A stretch of 64,000 nucleotides of DNA from Candidatus Collierbacteria bacterium (GTDB lineage: Bacteria > Patescibacteriota > Microgenomatia > UBA1400 > MFAQ01), in NCBI GenBank assembly GCA_903884375.1, contig CAISER010000006.1, positions 1,080 through 65,079 of the forward strand. The letters are read 5' to 3'. A program made the translations under genes and the position numbers. Numbering within the stretch: position 1 is the stretch's first letter; every line of letters begins with the position of its first letter. Under the pieces are notes generated by a model that was not told the DNA's origin, made no database searches, and was given only the letters and a program-made list of their open reading frames with translations. Positions 28,726 to 38,065 of this stretch are shown piece by piece.

Positions 28726-29788
28726 AAGTATAGATTGATTGGCCGTTGTTGTTTTGGCCGGATTTAATATAGTCTACCTTGACCGAGTCAGGGGAAACTG
28801 TCACATCTAAGAACCCGGAGTTTGGAAGAGTATCACCTGCTTTATAGGCATCTTTATTGAATGCGGTGAAAGTATCATCGGCTGGATTGGGAACTTCTTG
28901 ATAGATAACTCCATCGAGTTCTTGCTTTGCAAAAAGATGATCATGACCTTGAAAAAAGATAGTAACGCCGTTTTTGACCATCAATTGATGAATTGGTGTT
29001 CCCCAGCCTGGTCTCATTTTGTCGAATTCATATGTTCCGTTTGGACTATATCCTCCCCACTCGTAAAGCTTAGCCATCTCGACTCCACCACGACCAGTAC
29101 CGAGAACATGGTGAGTAAAAACAAACTTGTATTTTGCTTTGCTTTCTTCCAAGGTTTTTTTGAACCATTGATACTGTGTCTCTCCCAAGGTATTGTTCCA
29201 GAGATTTTGTTGTTTCTTCTCATTTTTTGCTCCAGCGACATTGTCCGCAGCAGTTTCCGTGTGCCAATAGTAATCAATTACGACAAATAAAGCATCTCCG
29301 TGAGTAAATGAATAATAACCGTTTTCTGCGCCAGGGGAGGTGAAGTATTTGGCTCGTGCATTTTGGGCAAGTATGGCCGGATTGGTATTTGTTCCATCGA
29401 GTAAATATTTGGCTTCTTGTTCATGATTGCCATTTACCAGATAAATTGGAATGGTGAGGGCACTTAAATAATTCTTTTGGTTGAGATATACCGAATCAAT
29501 GGCGCTTTGAGTGACATTGTTGCCTTCAATTTCTTTTTCGATGCTAAAGTCATCACCTAGTAGAAAGTAAAAATCGAGATTTGCTTTGTTTACATTTTGG
29601 AGGGTTGTTTTGTAAAGATCAGAATTAAACATTTTCCCAGGTCTTTCCGGGTGTGAATCTCCTTGAACTCCAAAAGAAAAGGTATCTCCGACAAGAAAAA
29701 AACTATTTCGATTTGCAATCCAATAATATGAAACTAAACATACTCCAACTAGTAATAAAAAAATGAGTATTATTGACTTATTTTTCAT
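28712..29788 (-). CDS. Secreted metallophosphoesterase (calcineurin-like), paralog A
   Basis: Signal peptide; motifs GDSHPE, LGDDF, GNHE, GHDHLF; overlaps the downstream paralog by 14 nt. Confidence 0.75.
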   Translation of the reverse strand: MKNKSIILIFLLLVGVCLVSYYWIANRNSFFLVGDTFSFGVQGDSHPERPGKMFNSDLYKTTLQNVNKANLDFYFLLGDDFSIEKEIEGNNVTQSAIDSVYLNQKNYLSALTIPIYLVNGNHEQEAKYLLDGTNTNPAILAQNARAKYFTSPGAENGYYSFTHGDALFVVIDYYWHTETAADNVAGAKNEKKQQNLWNNTLGETQYQWFKKTLEESKAKYKFVFTHHVLGTGRGGVEMAKLYEWGGYSPNGTYEFDKMRPGWGTPIHQLMVKNGVTIFFQGHDHLFAKQELDGVIYQEVPNPADDTFTAFNKDAYKAGDTLPNSGFLDVTVSPDSVKVDYIKSGQNNNGQSIYTYEVK

Positions 29789-30360
29789 TGAGCCAGATTG
29801 TTACAAGCAGTTCGACAATACTGATAGTCTCCACAAGCTAATCCAGTCTCGGCTGACTCGCAACACTGTTTGCAGGTATTTTGATCACCGCTGGCTGTGC
29901 AGGTAGAATAATTTCCATCGCGACCAAGTTTTGAAGAAATTTCAAATGTTTTTATGACTGTATTTTTTGTGTAGTCATAGGTAGCAGCAAAATCTCGACA
30001 GGCCTTGCGGACAGAGTCATCGGCAGCCAAACAATCACAACAATCTTTACTTGATCCTAGATCTTTCGTATTTTCGATACATTGACTATAAGTGGAATAT
30101 GTCACTTGAGTACCTGTTTGGCCGGTTGGTTTTGCTTGACCGTTAGTCTTTGGCTGTGCTGCCTGACTACCACCCTTGCTCTTTCCTTGACTGTTTGTTG
30201 GTGTTACTCCTTGGGTTACATTATTGTTATTCAAAACAGGAGCTGTCGAAGTTTTTTTTGTAAGTAGATTTCTTCCATACAAATCCCATGTTGCGCCTCC
30301 GAGAACAGCAACGAAGATAATACTTAAGATGCCAATAATTATTTTTTCTTTTTTGTTCAT
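29785..30360 (-). CDS. Hypothetical membrane-anchored Cys-rich protein
   Basis: 191 aa; N-terminal TM, polar low-complexity linker, about 14 Cys in the C-terminal 110 aa (CCDC, CKQCC); no family recognised. Confidence 0.45.
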   Translation of the reverse strand: MNKKEKIIIGILSIIFVAVLGGATWDLYGRNLLTKKTSTAPVLNNNNVTQGVTPTNSQGKSKGGSQAAQPKTNGQAKPTGQTGTQVTYSTYSQCIENTKDLGSSKDCCDCLAADDSVRKACRDFAATYDYTKNTVIKTFEISSKLGRDGNYSTCTASGDQNTCKQCCESAETGLACGDYQYCRTACNNLAQ

Positions 30361-30375
30361 TTTATGTATATTTAA

Positions 30376-31962
30376 TTATTGAAAAAGGAAGTCCGTATTG
30401 GCGACTGAAGGCATATTAATTTTTTCTGAGTAGAGGTATGCCGAAGTATCAGGACAAGTATAGCCATCAAGATTCTTAAGTTTTGTGAGAGCATCCTTTT
30501 GAGCTGTAGTTAAAGATTTGCCAACTTGGGCAAAAGCGGTGGCGTAGTAATAGGATATTTCACCATCCAGCTGACCATATTCTCTAGAGAGAGCAATTAC
30601 TTTAGCTTCATCAATTACGCTTGTTGTTAAGATTTTTCGGAGTTCTGTAGAGATGGCTCTTCTTTTCTCGACGATTCCAGTGATTGCGTTTTTTTGAGTA
30701 GCAACAAGGTTAGTAATAATTGGTTTTTGAGTTGCACTTAAGGCACTGATAAAGGCTTGACCTTGATCTCCTGTAATTGATTCATCAATCGTATAGCCGG
30801 CATTGCCTATGGCTGGAGCATCTTTGATATAAAAACCACCAAAGTAATCGGCTTGTCTCTCCGGACAAAAATAAGTATCAGCTTCAACATTGCCGGCGTA
30901 CCAGCCAAACATTTCACTTGCATAAGTCATCATTAAGACAGATTCGTCTCGAGTTAAGTTCACTTTATCTACTTGATCAGGAAGTATCGCCCATGAGGCA
31001 AAACCACCTTTAACCATAGTGTCGAAGTATGTTTTTTGTTGAGTTGTAAATGACTTGATTATTTCTCCAAATAGCTGTGCTCTTTGAAGACTAATCTTGG
31101 CATCTATTTCATATATGTCTGCGGAGTATTGCATAATGGCAGACTTGCTTAAACCGGTTGTTCCTGTTGGAATACTACCCGTAAGCTGGCGTCTAAAAGC
31201 AACCATCAGAGGAAATCTTTTGTAAGCGAATTCATTGACTAAGCTTGTTTGTGATTTGGCAAGTGCAGTCATCTTTGCCTTCTGGGTAGCGTTTAGGGTA
31301 TAAAGCACATTATTAGCCGAGTTGGTTACGAAATCCGTGTCATGACCTTTTCCGTTTGCTGTCAAATCTCTTAAATATTGAAAACCAAAATAATCCGAAA
31401 CCTTGCCTGGAGGTAGGAATGAGTCTGAACAAGTGTTGCCTGTTAAAAATCCAAGGCCATCAAAAGCTAGTGTATTTAGCTGAGCCTGATCGGAGATAGC
31501 TTGATCGATACTATAGCCACTTCCTGCGTTCCCCGTAGGATTCTGACTTTTTACCTGACCACTTCCGGTGGCTTGTGGACCACCATTAGAGTCATTTTTA
31601 CAGGCTAGTACACCAGGTTTGTCGTCACATGTTCCTTTGGCAATAATTTCCCTGTCTGTGAATTCACACGCATCTCCAATTGCCTTACCTGTGCAAGCAA
31701 CTATTGCGGCCTCTGGTGGCATATTGCCGGAATTATTTTCTGATGTAATTTGGTTTTTTCTCGATAGATACCAATAACCTCCTGTAATAATAATTGCCGT
31801 GACTAGTATGCCGGAAATTAAATATATTGGTTTGATGGATATTTTTTTTGCTAGATTGACTGTCTTACTAACAAAGGTTGTTTTTTGAGTATTTTGATCC
31901 TTTGGAATATCCGTATTAACTAATGGTTTATTAGGTTCAACAGGAATTATATTTTCGTTCAT
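30376..31962 (-). CDS. Hypothetical large membrane-anchored extracytoplasmic protein
   Basis: 528 aa; N-terminal TM, Cys-containing region CTGKAIGDACEF...TCDDKPGVLACKND; no family recognised. Confidence 0.45.
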   Translation of the reverse strand: MNENIIPVEPNKPLVNTDIPKDQNTQKTTFVSKTVNLAKKISIKPIYLISGILVTAIIITGGYWYLSRKNQITSENNSGNMPPEAAIVACTGKAIGDACEFTDREIIAKGTCDDKPGVLACKNDSNGGPQATGSGQVKSQNPTGNAGSGYSIDQAISDQAQLNTLAFDGLGFLTGNTCSDSFLPPGKVSDYFGFQYLRDLTANGKGHDTDFVTNSANNVLYTLNATQKAKMTALAKSQTSLVNEFAYKRFPLMVAFRRQLTGSIPTGTTGLSKSAIMQYSADIYEIDAKISLQRAQLFGEIIKSFTTQQKTYFDTMVKGGFASWAILPDQVDKVNLTRDESVLMMTYASEMFGWYAGNVEADTYFCPERQADYFGGFYIKDAPAIGNAGYTIDESITGDQGQAFISALSATQKPIITNLVATQKNAITGIVEKRRAISTELRKILTTSVIDEAKVIALSREYGQLDGEISYYYATAFAQVGKSLTTAQKDALTKLKNLDGYTCPDTSAYLYSEKINMPSVANTDFLFQ

Positions 31963-32006
31963 ATTACTAGATTATCAAATGATAACTTGGAAAATGCTTA
32001 GAATAT

Positions 32007-33092
32007 TTAAGATCTTTTGAGGGGCAAATTGATAACAAAAGTAGTGCCCATATTTATTGTACTTTCAACCAGGATTTGACCATGATGCTGTTTAATTATT
32101 TCATTTACGATTGAAAGACCAAGACCGTAGCCTTTTGTAATTGTCTTTGATCGCGAATTATCAGCGCGATAAAAACGCTCAAATATTTTATTAAAATCGT
32201 TTTTTTCTATTCCGATACCAGTGTCTTTAATGGTAAATGTTAAATGATTATTATTTGACGTTAAGTTTATATATATTTTCCCTTTGTCTTTGTTGTACTT
32301 AATTGAATTTTCAAGTAGATTATCAACCATCTCTCTTAAGGCTTCTTCGTTTCCTACTAATACAACTTGTTCCAGCTGATGTTTAATTGAAATCTTTTTC
32401 TTGTCAGCTTGTTTTGTAAACCGAGATACACTATCTAAAATGATTTTGTCTAACCTTACCTCTTGAAAAGAATTTCTATCGATATCATTACTAAATTTTT
32501 CGACCAGTAACAAACTGTTTGCTAATTTTTCCAATGTGTTCACGTCTTCCAAATTACTTTCAAGAAGATCCTTAATTTTTTTGTAAGGAATTGGACCCAT
32601 CATCAAGGTGACCTCTAAGGCGGTTTTGAGATTGGCGAGAGGAGTACGTAATTCATGAGAAGCACTAGCAACAAAAATTTTCTGGTCTTCTAGCATCTTT
32701 TCAATTGGCTTTAATGTCTTTCCTGCTAGAAGATATGATGCACTCGCCGAAACACCGAGAACAATCAGATTGGCAAGGAAAAGAGATAAAAGCAACTGGT
32801 TTCGGGAGATTATGTAATCTTCTCTAATATTATCGTCCAGTGGTGGATCAACTAGCTCTCTTTGAAGATCTTTCGGGTCCGGTAATGGTTTTGGCAACTC
32901 AATCCTTAGTCTGTCGGCGACTATTTTTTGTTGTTCTCTTCTCGCCCCTCTTAGTAACTCAGAATTTAAAGAAGTATAGACAACAATGCTAAATATGAAA
33001 GCGACAATCATAAGTATCACGAGATACCATGCTGTTAGTTGGACTCTAGCTCTGGTGAAATTATTTTTCATTGTTATCAACTTTATATCCAA
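32007..33092 (-). CDS. Sensor histidine kinase (HisKA/HATPase_c), island copy
   Basis: Two TM helices, H-box SHELRTPL, N/G boxes (DTGIGI, GYGLGLSIV); paralog of the 42241-43254 gene. Confidence 0.85.
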   Translation of the reverse strand: MDIKLITMKNNFTRARVQLTAWYLVILMIVAFIFSIVVYTSLNSELLRGARREQQKIVADRLRIELPKPLPDPKDLQRELVDPPLDDNIREDYIISRNQLLLSLFLANLIVLGVSASASYLLAGKTLKPIEKMLEDQKIFVASASHELRTPLANLKTALEVTLMMGPIPYKKIKDLLESNLEDVNTLEKLANSLLLVEKFSNDIDRNSFQEVRLDKIILDSVSRFTKQADKKKISIKHQLEQVVLVGNEEALREMVDNLLENSIKYNKDKGKIYINLTSNNNHLTFTIKDTGIGIEKNDFNKIFERFYRADNSRSKTITKGYGLGLSIVNEIIKQHHGQILVESTINMGTTFVINLPLKRS

Positions 33093-33747
33093 AACCTCTG
33101 ATCGTTTGTATTATTGATTTTGATTTTGGAAATGGTTTGTCAATTTTTTCTCGAAGATAATTTATGTATACTTCAACAGTGTTTGGGAGAACATCATCTT
33201 CATAGCTCCATACATTTTGTATTATTTCGTCTTTTGATTTCACTTTACCTTTGTGTTTTAATAAAAACTCCAACAACGAATACTCCCTTTTTGAGAGAGT
33301 AATCTTTTTTTTGTTTCTACTTACTTCGTGTCTAATTGTGTCAACAATCAAATTACTTTGTTGAAGCACTCCTTCTGTTTGAGTTAGAGGTCTTCGTGAC
33401 AACGCCCTAATTCTAGCTACTAGCTCAGCAAAAACAAATGGTTTGACAAGATAGTCATCTGCGCCCGCGTTTAAACACTCCACCTTGTCACCTGTTGCAC
33501 CTTTGGCTGTTAGTATCAGAATTGGAGTGTGTATATGTTCTTTATCTCGTAAAATATGAATTATTTCAATTCCTGATAGTTTTGGAAGCATGAGATCTAT
33601 TACCAATACATCGTATTTTTCTGTAGTAGCAAGATCCAAACCAGCTTCCCCATCAAACGCCAAGTCGACAGCCCAAGACTCTATCTCGAGACCTGTTTTG
33701 ATAAACTGGGCAATTTTATGCTCGTCTTCAATGACTAATACCCTCAT
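33061..33747 (-). CDS. OmpR-family response regulator, island copy
   Basis: Receiver domain (DD..D phosphoacceptor, K) plus winged-helix trans_reg_C; highly similar to the 43256-43930 regulator. Confidence 0.9.
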   Translation of the reverse strand: MRVLVIEDEHKIAQFIKTGLEIESWAVDLAFDGEAGLDLATTEKYDVLVIDLMLPKLSGIEIIHILRDKEHIHTPILILTAKGATGDKVECLNAGADDYLVKPFVFAELVARIRALSRRPLTQTEGVLQQSNLIVDTIRHEVSRNKKKITLSKREYSLLEFLLKHKGKVKSKDEIIQNVWSYEDDVLPNTVEVYINYLREKIDKPFPKSKSIIQTIRGFGYKVDNNEK

Positions 33748-33783
33748 TATTGATATTGTATAGCTTCAAAGCTTAAGTATTGC

Positions 33784-34044
33784 TTAAAAAGCAAAATCTT
33801 TCTCTTCAATATTATCTTTACTACCAATATTTATCTCTTGGTCTAACTCCTTCAATTCATTATCTAAGTCGTTGTCTGCATTTGTGACAATACTATTGGT
33901 TTCTTCAGTAGTTTTTTCAGGACTGGATATATCCGATTGAGTTTCCACATTCTTAACTTTTCCTGACTCAATATTTGGTTTGATAAATATATATCCTGAG
34001 ATGAACAACCCTAAAATTATTAAAATAATTAGTATTTTATTCAT
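33784..34044 (-). CDS. Hypothetical small secreted acidic protein
   Basis: 86 aa; signal/TM followed by a D/E/N-rich tail. Confidence 0.35.
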   Translation of the reverse strand: MNKILIILIILGLFISGYIFIKPNIESGKVKNVETQSDISSPEKTTEETNSIVTNADNDLDNELKELDQEINIGSKDNIEEKDFAF

Positions 34045-34051
34045 ATTTTTG

Positions 34052-34576
34052 TTATTTTGTGCTTTTAAATTGGTCTCTTAGACTGGCAATGTCTGGCTTG
34101 ACCGTTGCCTTAACAAAGTTCCAAAAATCAGTATTGGCGCTGTTCAGTACTTCTCTTTGAGCTTTCATTTCAGTCACTGAAGCTTTGTAAGCTCCGTCTG
34201 AGTCTCCACACGCTAGATCTTTAGTAGCAGAAACTTTTGTTTTTAATGATGAGTATGCAGATTGCCATGCGTTCATCTTCTCTGTTAGAGATGTGAGATC
34301 TGCCTTGAGTTTTTCTGAACCGAGACCCTTATCTTCTACTTTGGTGATTATCTCGTTTAAACGGTCAATAACTGATTGGTGTCTTTTTCCAATTGACTCG
34401 TTTGTGGTGAGCTTTGTGTAGAGATCGTTTACTTTTGAGGTAATTCGAGTGCATCGAACCTCCTTCGTTTCGCTATTCACACCTCCTAGATTTTCAGCAA
34501 AGACAGAAGTAGCTGAAAGGTTTAATAGTAACCCGCCTGCGATAACTGCAGAAGTGATAATAGTTTTTTTGTTCAT
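34052..34576 (-). CDS. Hypothetical secreted coiled-coil protein; start placed at the internal Met preceding the signal peptide
   Basis: ORF-track start (34723) would place 49 aa upstream of a clear signal peptide (MNKKTIITSAVIAGGLLL) and inside repeat copy 2; Met-50 at 34576 is favoured. Confidence 0.4.
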   Translation of the reverse strand: MNKKTIITSAVIAGGLLLNLSATSVFAENLGGVNSETKEVRCTRITSKVNDLYTKLTTNESIGKRHQSVIDRLNEIITKVEDKGLGSEKLKADLTSLTEKMNAWQSAYSSLKTKVSATKDLACGDSDGAYKASVTEMKAQREVLNSANTDFWNFVKATVKPDIASLRDQFKSTK

Positions 34577-34713
34577 ATTCTTTCTTTTGATAATTATTAA
34601 CAATATGGTTGATAATAAAGCCTGTTGGCTTAGAAGATGCTTGGAATTTTTCCGACTGTTTTTCGGCTCTGTCGGCTTCTGTAGAAAATGAGGCTGTGGT
34701 GAGAATCCTTGCT

Positions 34714-34835
34714 CGGCAACCAAGTTGGACGCTATCAGACCGTGATGCCTAAAATCGGTTGATGCGTCCCAGAGAAGCTCATTTCGTAATTGGAAGTCTC
34801 GGACCGTACGCTCGTTGTTCAGCTATTTCTTTATT
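34714..34835. repeat. 122-bp direct repeat, copy 2; carries a degenerate tRNA-Gln T-arm remnant at its left end and overlaps the 3' end of the serine recombinase gene
   Basis: See copy 1; the 20 nt upstream (GAATCCTTGCTCGGCAACCA) match the tRNA T-arm/acceptor 16/20. Confidence 0.85.
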
Positions 34836-36136
34836 TTGGAGGAGACAAACTTTCTGTTGTGGAGATAAAGTTGGTAGTTAAAAAGTTGTATTAGTTGACG
34901 TTTTCTCACAGGATCTCCACTCTTGAGTACATGCCTCGCATAATCCCTGACGTCCATTATTTTCTCATCTGGGTCAATGTCTTGTCTTAACAGGACATCA
35001 TCTCTAACCTTTCGGTATTCATCCATTCCTTCGCGGATTTCTTTTGACAAGTTTAAGATTTGTGGGTGGGCTATGTAGGTAAAATTGATATACCTTAATA
35101 GCTCCATCGACAAACCTTCTTCGCTGATGTAATCTTCTCGGCAATCGTAATCTACCTGTCGACTGCAATGATAGTAAATGTGATATTTATCCTCTCGATA
35201 TTTTCTTTTTCTTAACTTGTCTTCCCCAATTACATTCGAGCCACAGTTGGCACATTTGAACAAGCCTTTGAAGATGAACATTTTACTTCCCCATTTTGAT
35301 TTTGCCGGAACTATCAGATGTTTTTGGACAATGTCGAACACTTCTTTGGTTATTAATGGTTGATAGGAACCCTTGTACCAACCACCACTTCCGACAGGAT
35401 ACTCAAATTCCCCATAGTAGAAAGGATTTTTTAACATTAGGTAGACTTGACTAAGGCTAACTGCTGAACCAGATTTATTTGTAAATCCTTTTTCTTCCAA
35501 CCATTTTTTAAGTTTCCGTCCTGAAGTTCCTTCAGTAGCAACCTTTTGAAACGCCTCGGCAACGAGTGGAGCTCTATCAGGATCGATAATAATATCCTTC
35601 GTTCCGTTAAAGGCTCTATTGAAATACCCAAGAGGTGCCATCCCTGGTCGAAATCCCATCTCACATTTTGCTCGAATACCTCTTTTGACGTTTAGCCCTT
35701 TTTGATCGTTTTCCAATTTTGCTTGAGAACAAAGGATCATCAACAGAAACTTCTCGTTCGGATTATTCGAAAACATTTGGGAGAATGTCTTAATTTGAAC
35801 AAGTTTCCCTTGATCCATCAAATCTACTATTATTCCCAAGTCTCCTGCATTACGACTTAATCTGTCTGGAGCCCAAGTCAGTATCCCTGTGAACTTCCCG
35901 GCACCGATATCATCCAGTAGCCCCATGAATACCGGCCTCTTACTTGATATTTTGGCTGAATGGCTTTCTCTGCGAATTTCTTTTACAAATAGTCCCTCTC
36001 TTTTGGCAATCTCACCCATTTCTTTAACCTGAGATTCAATTGACATGGCTTGTCTTTCATCGTCTTCACTCGACTTTCTTGCGTAAAGGCAGTAAACAAT
36101 TTCTTTTTGTGGTTCTATTGCGGTTCTCTGTTCCAT
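34823..36136 (-). CDS. Large serine recombinase (resolvase/invertase catalytic domain plus recombinase and zinc-ribbon domains)
   Basis: N-terminal YARKSSEDDERQAMSIESQ catalytic serine motif; C-terminal Cys cluster (CANCGS...CSRQVDYDC). Confidence 0.8.
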   Translation of the reverse strand: MEQRTAIEPQKEIVYCLYARKSSEDDERQAMSIESQVKEMGEIAKREGLFVKEIRRESHSAKISSKRPVFMGLLDDIGAGKFTGILTWAPDRLSRNAGDLGIIVDLMDQGKLVQIKTFSQMFSNNPNEKFLLMILCSQAKLENDQKGLNVKRGIRAKCEMGFRPGMAPLGYFNRAFNGTKDIIIDPDRAPLVAEAFQKVATEGTSGRKLKKWLEEKGFTNKSGSAVSLSQVYLMLKNPFYYGEFEYPVGSGGWYKGSYQPLITKEVFDIVQKHLIVPAKSKWGSKMFIFKGLFKCANCGSNVIGEDKLRKRKYREDKYHIYYHCSRQVDYDCREDYISEEGLSMELLRYINFTYIAHPQILNLSKEIREGMDEYRKVRDDVLLRQDIDPDEKIMDVRDYARHVLKSGDPVRKRQLIQLFNYQLYLHNRKFVSSKIKK

Positions 36137-36204
36137 CTATTGGTATCCATTAGTATGGTCAAGGATACCGCAAGGTTTGTGTAAGTCTAGTCCAAAGATT
36201 AAAT

Positions 36205-36732
36205 TTAGTTAGTTGGATTTTCTCGCGAATCTTCGGATACACGCTCTATAAACTGCCTTAGTCTCTCTAATTCGGCATCCATCTCTTCGGAATCTTTATT
36301 CTTTTTGTATCTACCGATAGAGTTAATAAGAGTTCCCGCTACGCCAATTGGTATTAAACCCTTAAAAACAAGCAATAAAACCGACGCAATCATGCTTTGT
36401 TTGTTTATTCCTTTAATACTTTGCTCGATTCCCGCCTGTTCGTTTGGTGATAATAATATTCGCCTTTGGGTATAGCTTGAGTGATGATTGTTGAGCCAAT
36501 AATAGATAGAGGTAGGATGCCTATCTTTTATTAAACCTATTAGCTGTGACTCAGCCAAATCATTTATAAAATCGACTCCGTCCTTTAAGGCATTATTAGT
36601 TTTCTCCTTAAAGTCTGCATCATCCTCTCGCCAACGATAGTAGCTGGCACGGCTTATTCCTGCTTTTTGGCATGCCACCTGTACTATTGGAGTGGTCTTT
36701 AATTGTTCAACTATACTATCCCTGTCTTTCAT
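36205..36732 (-). CDS. HTH-domain protein resembling a phage terminase small subunit or transposase-type HTH
   Basis: VACQKAGISRASYYRWREDDADF helix-turn-helix near the N-terminus; C-terminal TM/coiled coil; overlaps the upstream gene by 17 nt. Confidence 0.45.
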   Translation of the reverse strand: MKDRDSIVEQLKTTPIVQVACQKAGISRASYYRWREDDADFKEKTNNALKDGVDFINDLAESQLIGLIKDRHPTSIYYWLNNHHSSYTQRRILLSPNEQAGIEQSIKGINKQSMIASVLLLVFKGLIPIGVAGTLINSIGRYKKNKDSEEMDAELERLRQFIERVSEDSRENPTN

Positions 36733-38065
36733 GGAGTATTCCTTTTAATCCGGTAAGGTTTTCCCAACGTTTTTTGATTACTTCTGCATATATGGGTGAT
36801 TTTTCCATGATGTAGCATCTTCGTTTCATTTTGGTGGCTGCAATTAAGGTTGATCCACTACCTCCAAAGGGTTCGATGATGAGATCACCTCGTTTTGTAA
36901 GGACTTTGATATATGGAATCAATATCTCCGTGGGCTTTGTACCAAATACAACTCCTTGTCCGGAATGTTTCTCATCCGAAGCGTTGAACTCGATGAAATC
37001 TGTAGGTTGGGTTTTCTTACCTTTCTCGTAGCCTTCCCACTGTGGTTTGCCAGAGATGGCGTACAGGGCTGTTTCGTATTCTTGTTGAAGTCCATCTTGT
37101 TCCTCCTCATTGTTGTACTCAATATCAGAATCTTGTGATGCCCCAACCATGGCAATGTCGTGTTTGGAAAAGAATTTGTATTTGGCAGAGAAACCTTGGT
37201 GTCTGTTGGGTAAATGCCAGACGATCATGTTTTTCACCTTCCAATGTTTTTCCATCTCACCCCAGATGGTTCTTAAGTTCTTCCAGTTTTCGTAAACAAT
37301 GATGGAAAAGTGTTCTTTTTGAATCTGTGAGACGTTTTCCATCCATTTTTCCGTGAAGTCGGGCGGAAGACTTTCGGTTTCCAGGTATCTTCTGTCCCTT
37401 TTGGCTCCGAATCCTGTAACTGCTTTTCCGTGCTTGGTTTTTCCATTTAAATAATCCAAAATATATGGCGGATCGGTGAAACACATATCCGCTTTTTCTC
37501 CATCCATCATTTTTTGGATATCCTCAATTGCAGTCGAGTCGCCACACATAAGTCGACTTCCATTAAGCTCGTATATTTCTCCTTTCTTGATATTAATTTC
37601 CGTAATATCTAACTTCTTGAGTTCTTTCTGAAGGTCAAACTGTTCGGGAATGTCCACGACATCAAATATCTGGTCCAGTTCTTCGCTTGAAAATCCAATA
37701 TTGTTTAGGATTGACGGATCATACGTCGCCAACATATCCCAATCCCATTCGCCGATATTTTTATTTAATCGAAGATTTAGCTCTTTCTCAACCTCAAGAT
37801 CGGGAATATTGACATAAACTGCCGGTATAGTTTCGATTCCAAGCTCTTTTGCGATCTCTAGTCGGAAATGCCCGCCAATGACAATGTTTTTCCTTTCCGG
37901 AGCTTCATTGACAATAATGGGATCAACCAGACCAAATTTTGTAATACTTTCTTTAAGCTGGTCTGCCGCGTTTTTATCGTGCTTCCTGGGATTATAAACC
38001 GCAGGGTTTAAATCGCTTACTTTGATATATGTGACGGAAATATCCCGTCGGAGTTGTTTTTGCAT
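36716..38065 (-). CDS. ParB-like nuclease domain fused to an N6/N4 DNA methyltransferase (orphan MTase)
   Basis: N-terminal ParB/Srx motif (IVIGGHFRLEIAKELG); C-terminal MTase with FTDPPY catalytic motif and SAM-binding FGGSGS. Confidence 0.8.
   Translation of the reverse strand: MQKQLRRDISVTYIKVSDLNPAVYNPRKHDKNAADQLKESITKFGLVDPIIVNEAPERKNIVIGGHFRLEIAKELGIETIPAVYVNIPDLEVEKELNLRLNKNIGEWDWDMLATYDPSILNNIGFSSEELDQIFDVVDIPEQFDLQKELKKLDITEINIKKGEIYELNGSRLMCGDSTAIEDIQKMMDGEKADMCFTDPPYILDYLNGKTKHGKAVTGFGAKRDRRYLETESLPPDFTEKWMENVSQIQKEHFSIIVYENWKNLRTIWGEMEKHWKVKNMIVWHLPNRHQGFSAKYKFFSKHDIAMVGASQDSDIEYNNEEEQDGLQQEYETALYAISGKPQWEGYEKGKKTQPTDFIEFNASDEKHSGQGVVFGTKPTEILIPYIKVLTKRGDLIIEPFGGSGSTLIAATKMKRRCYIMEKSPIYAEVIKKRWENLTGLKGILHERQG

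Noticed and set aside
34577-34723. N-terminal 49 codons of the ORF 34052-34723
   Set aside because: The extension precedes an obvious signal peptide and runs into repeat copy 2. The internal Met at 34576 is the more plausible start.
34823-36136. Serine recombinase as the enzyme that generated the 122-bp direct repeats
   Set aside because: Serine recombinases exchange at a 2-bp crossover and do not duplicate target DNA, and the gene lies outside the repeat-bounded segment. Long tRNA-derived repeats are characteristic of tyrosine integrases instead. The recombinase more likely belongs to an adjacent or secondary element.
36831-37484. Cluster of 60-86-aa ORFs on both strands inside 36.8-37.5 kb
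   Set aside because: All are nested within the ParB-methyltransferase coding region, which has strong catalytic motifs, so they are alternative-frame artefacts.
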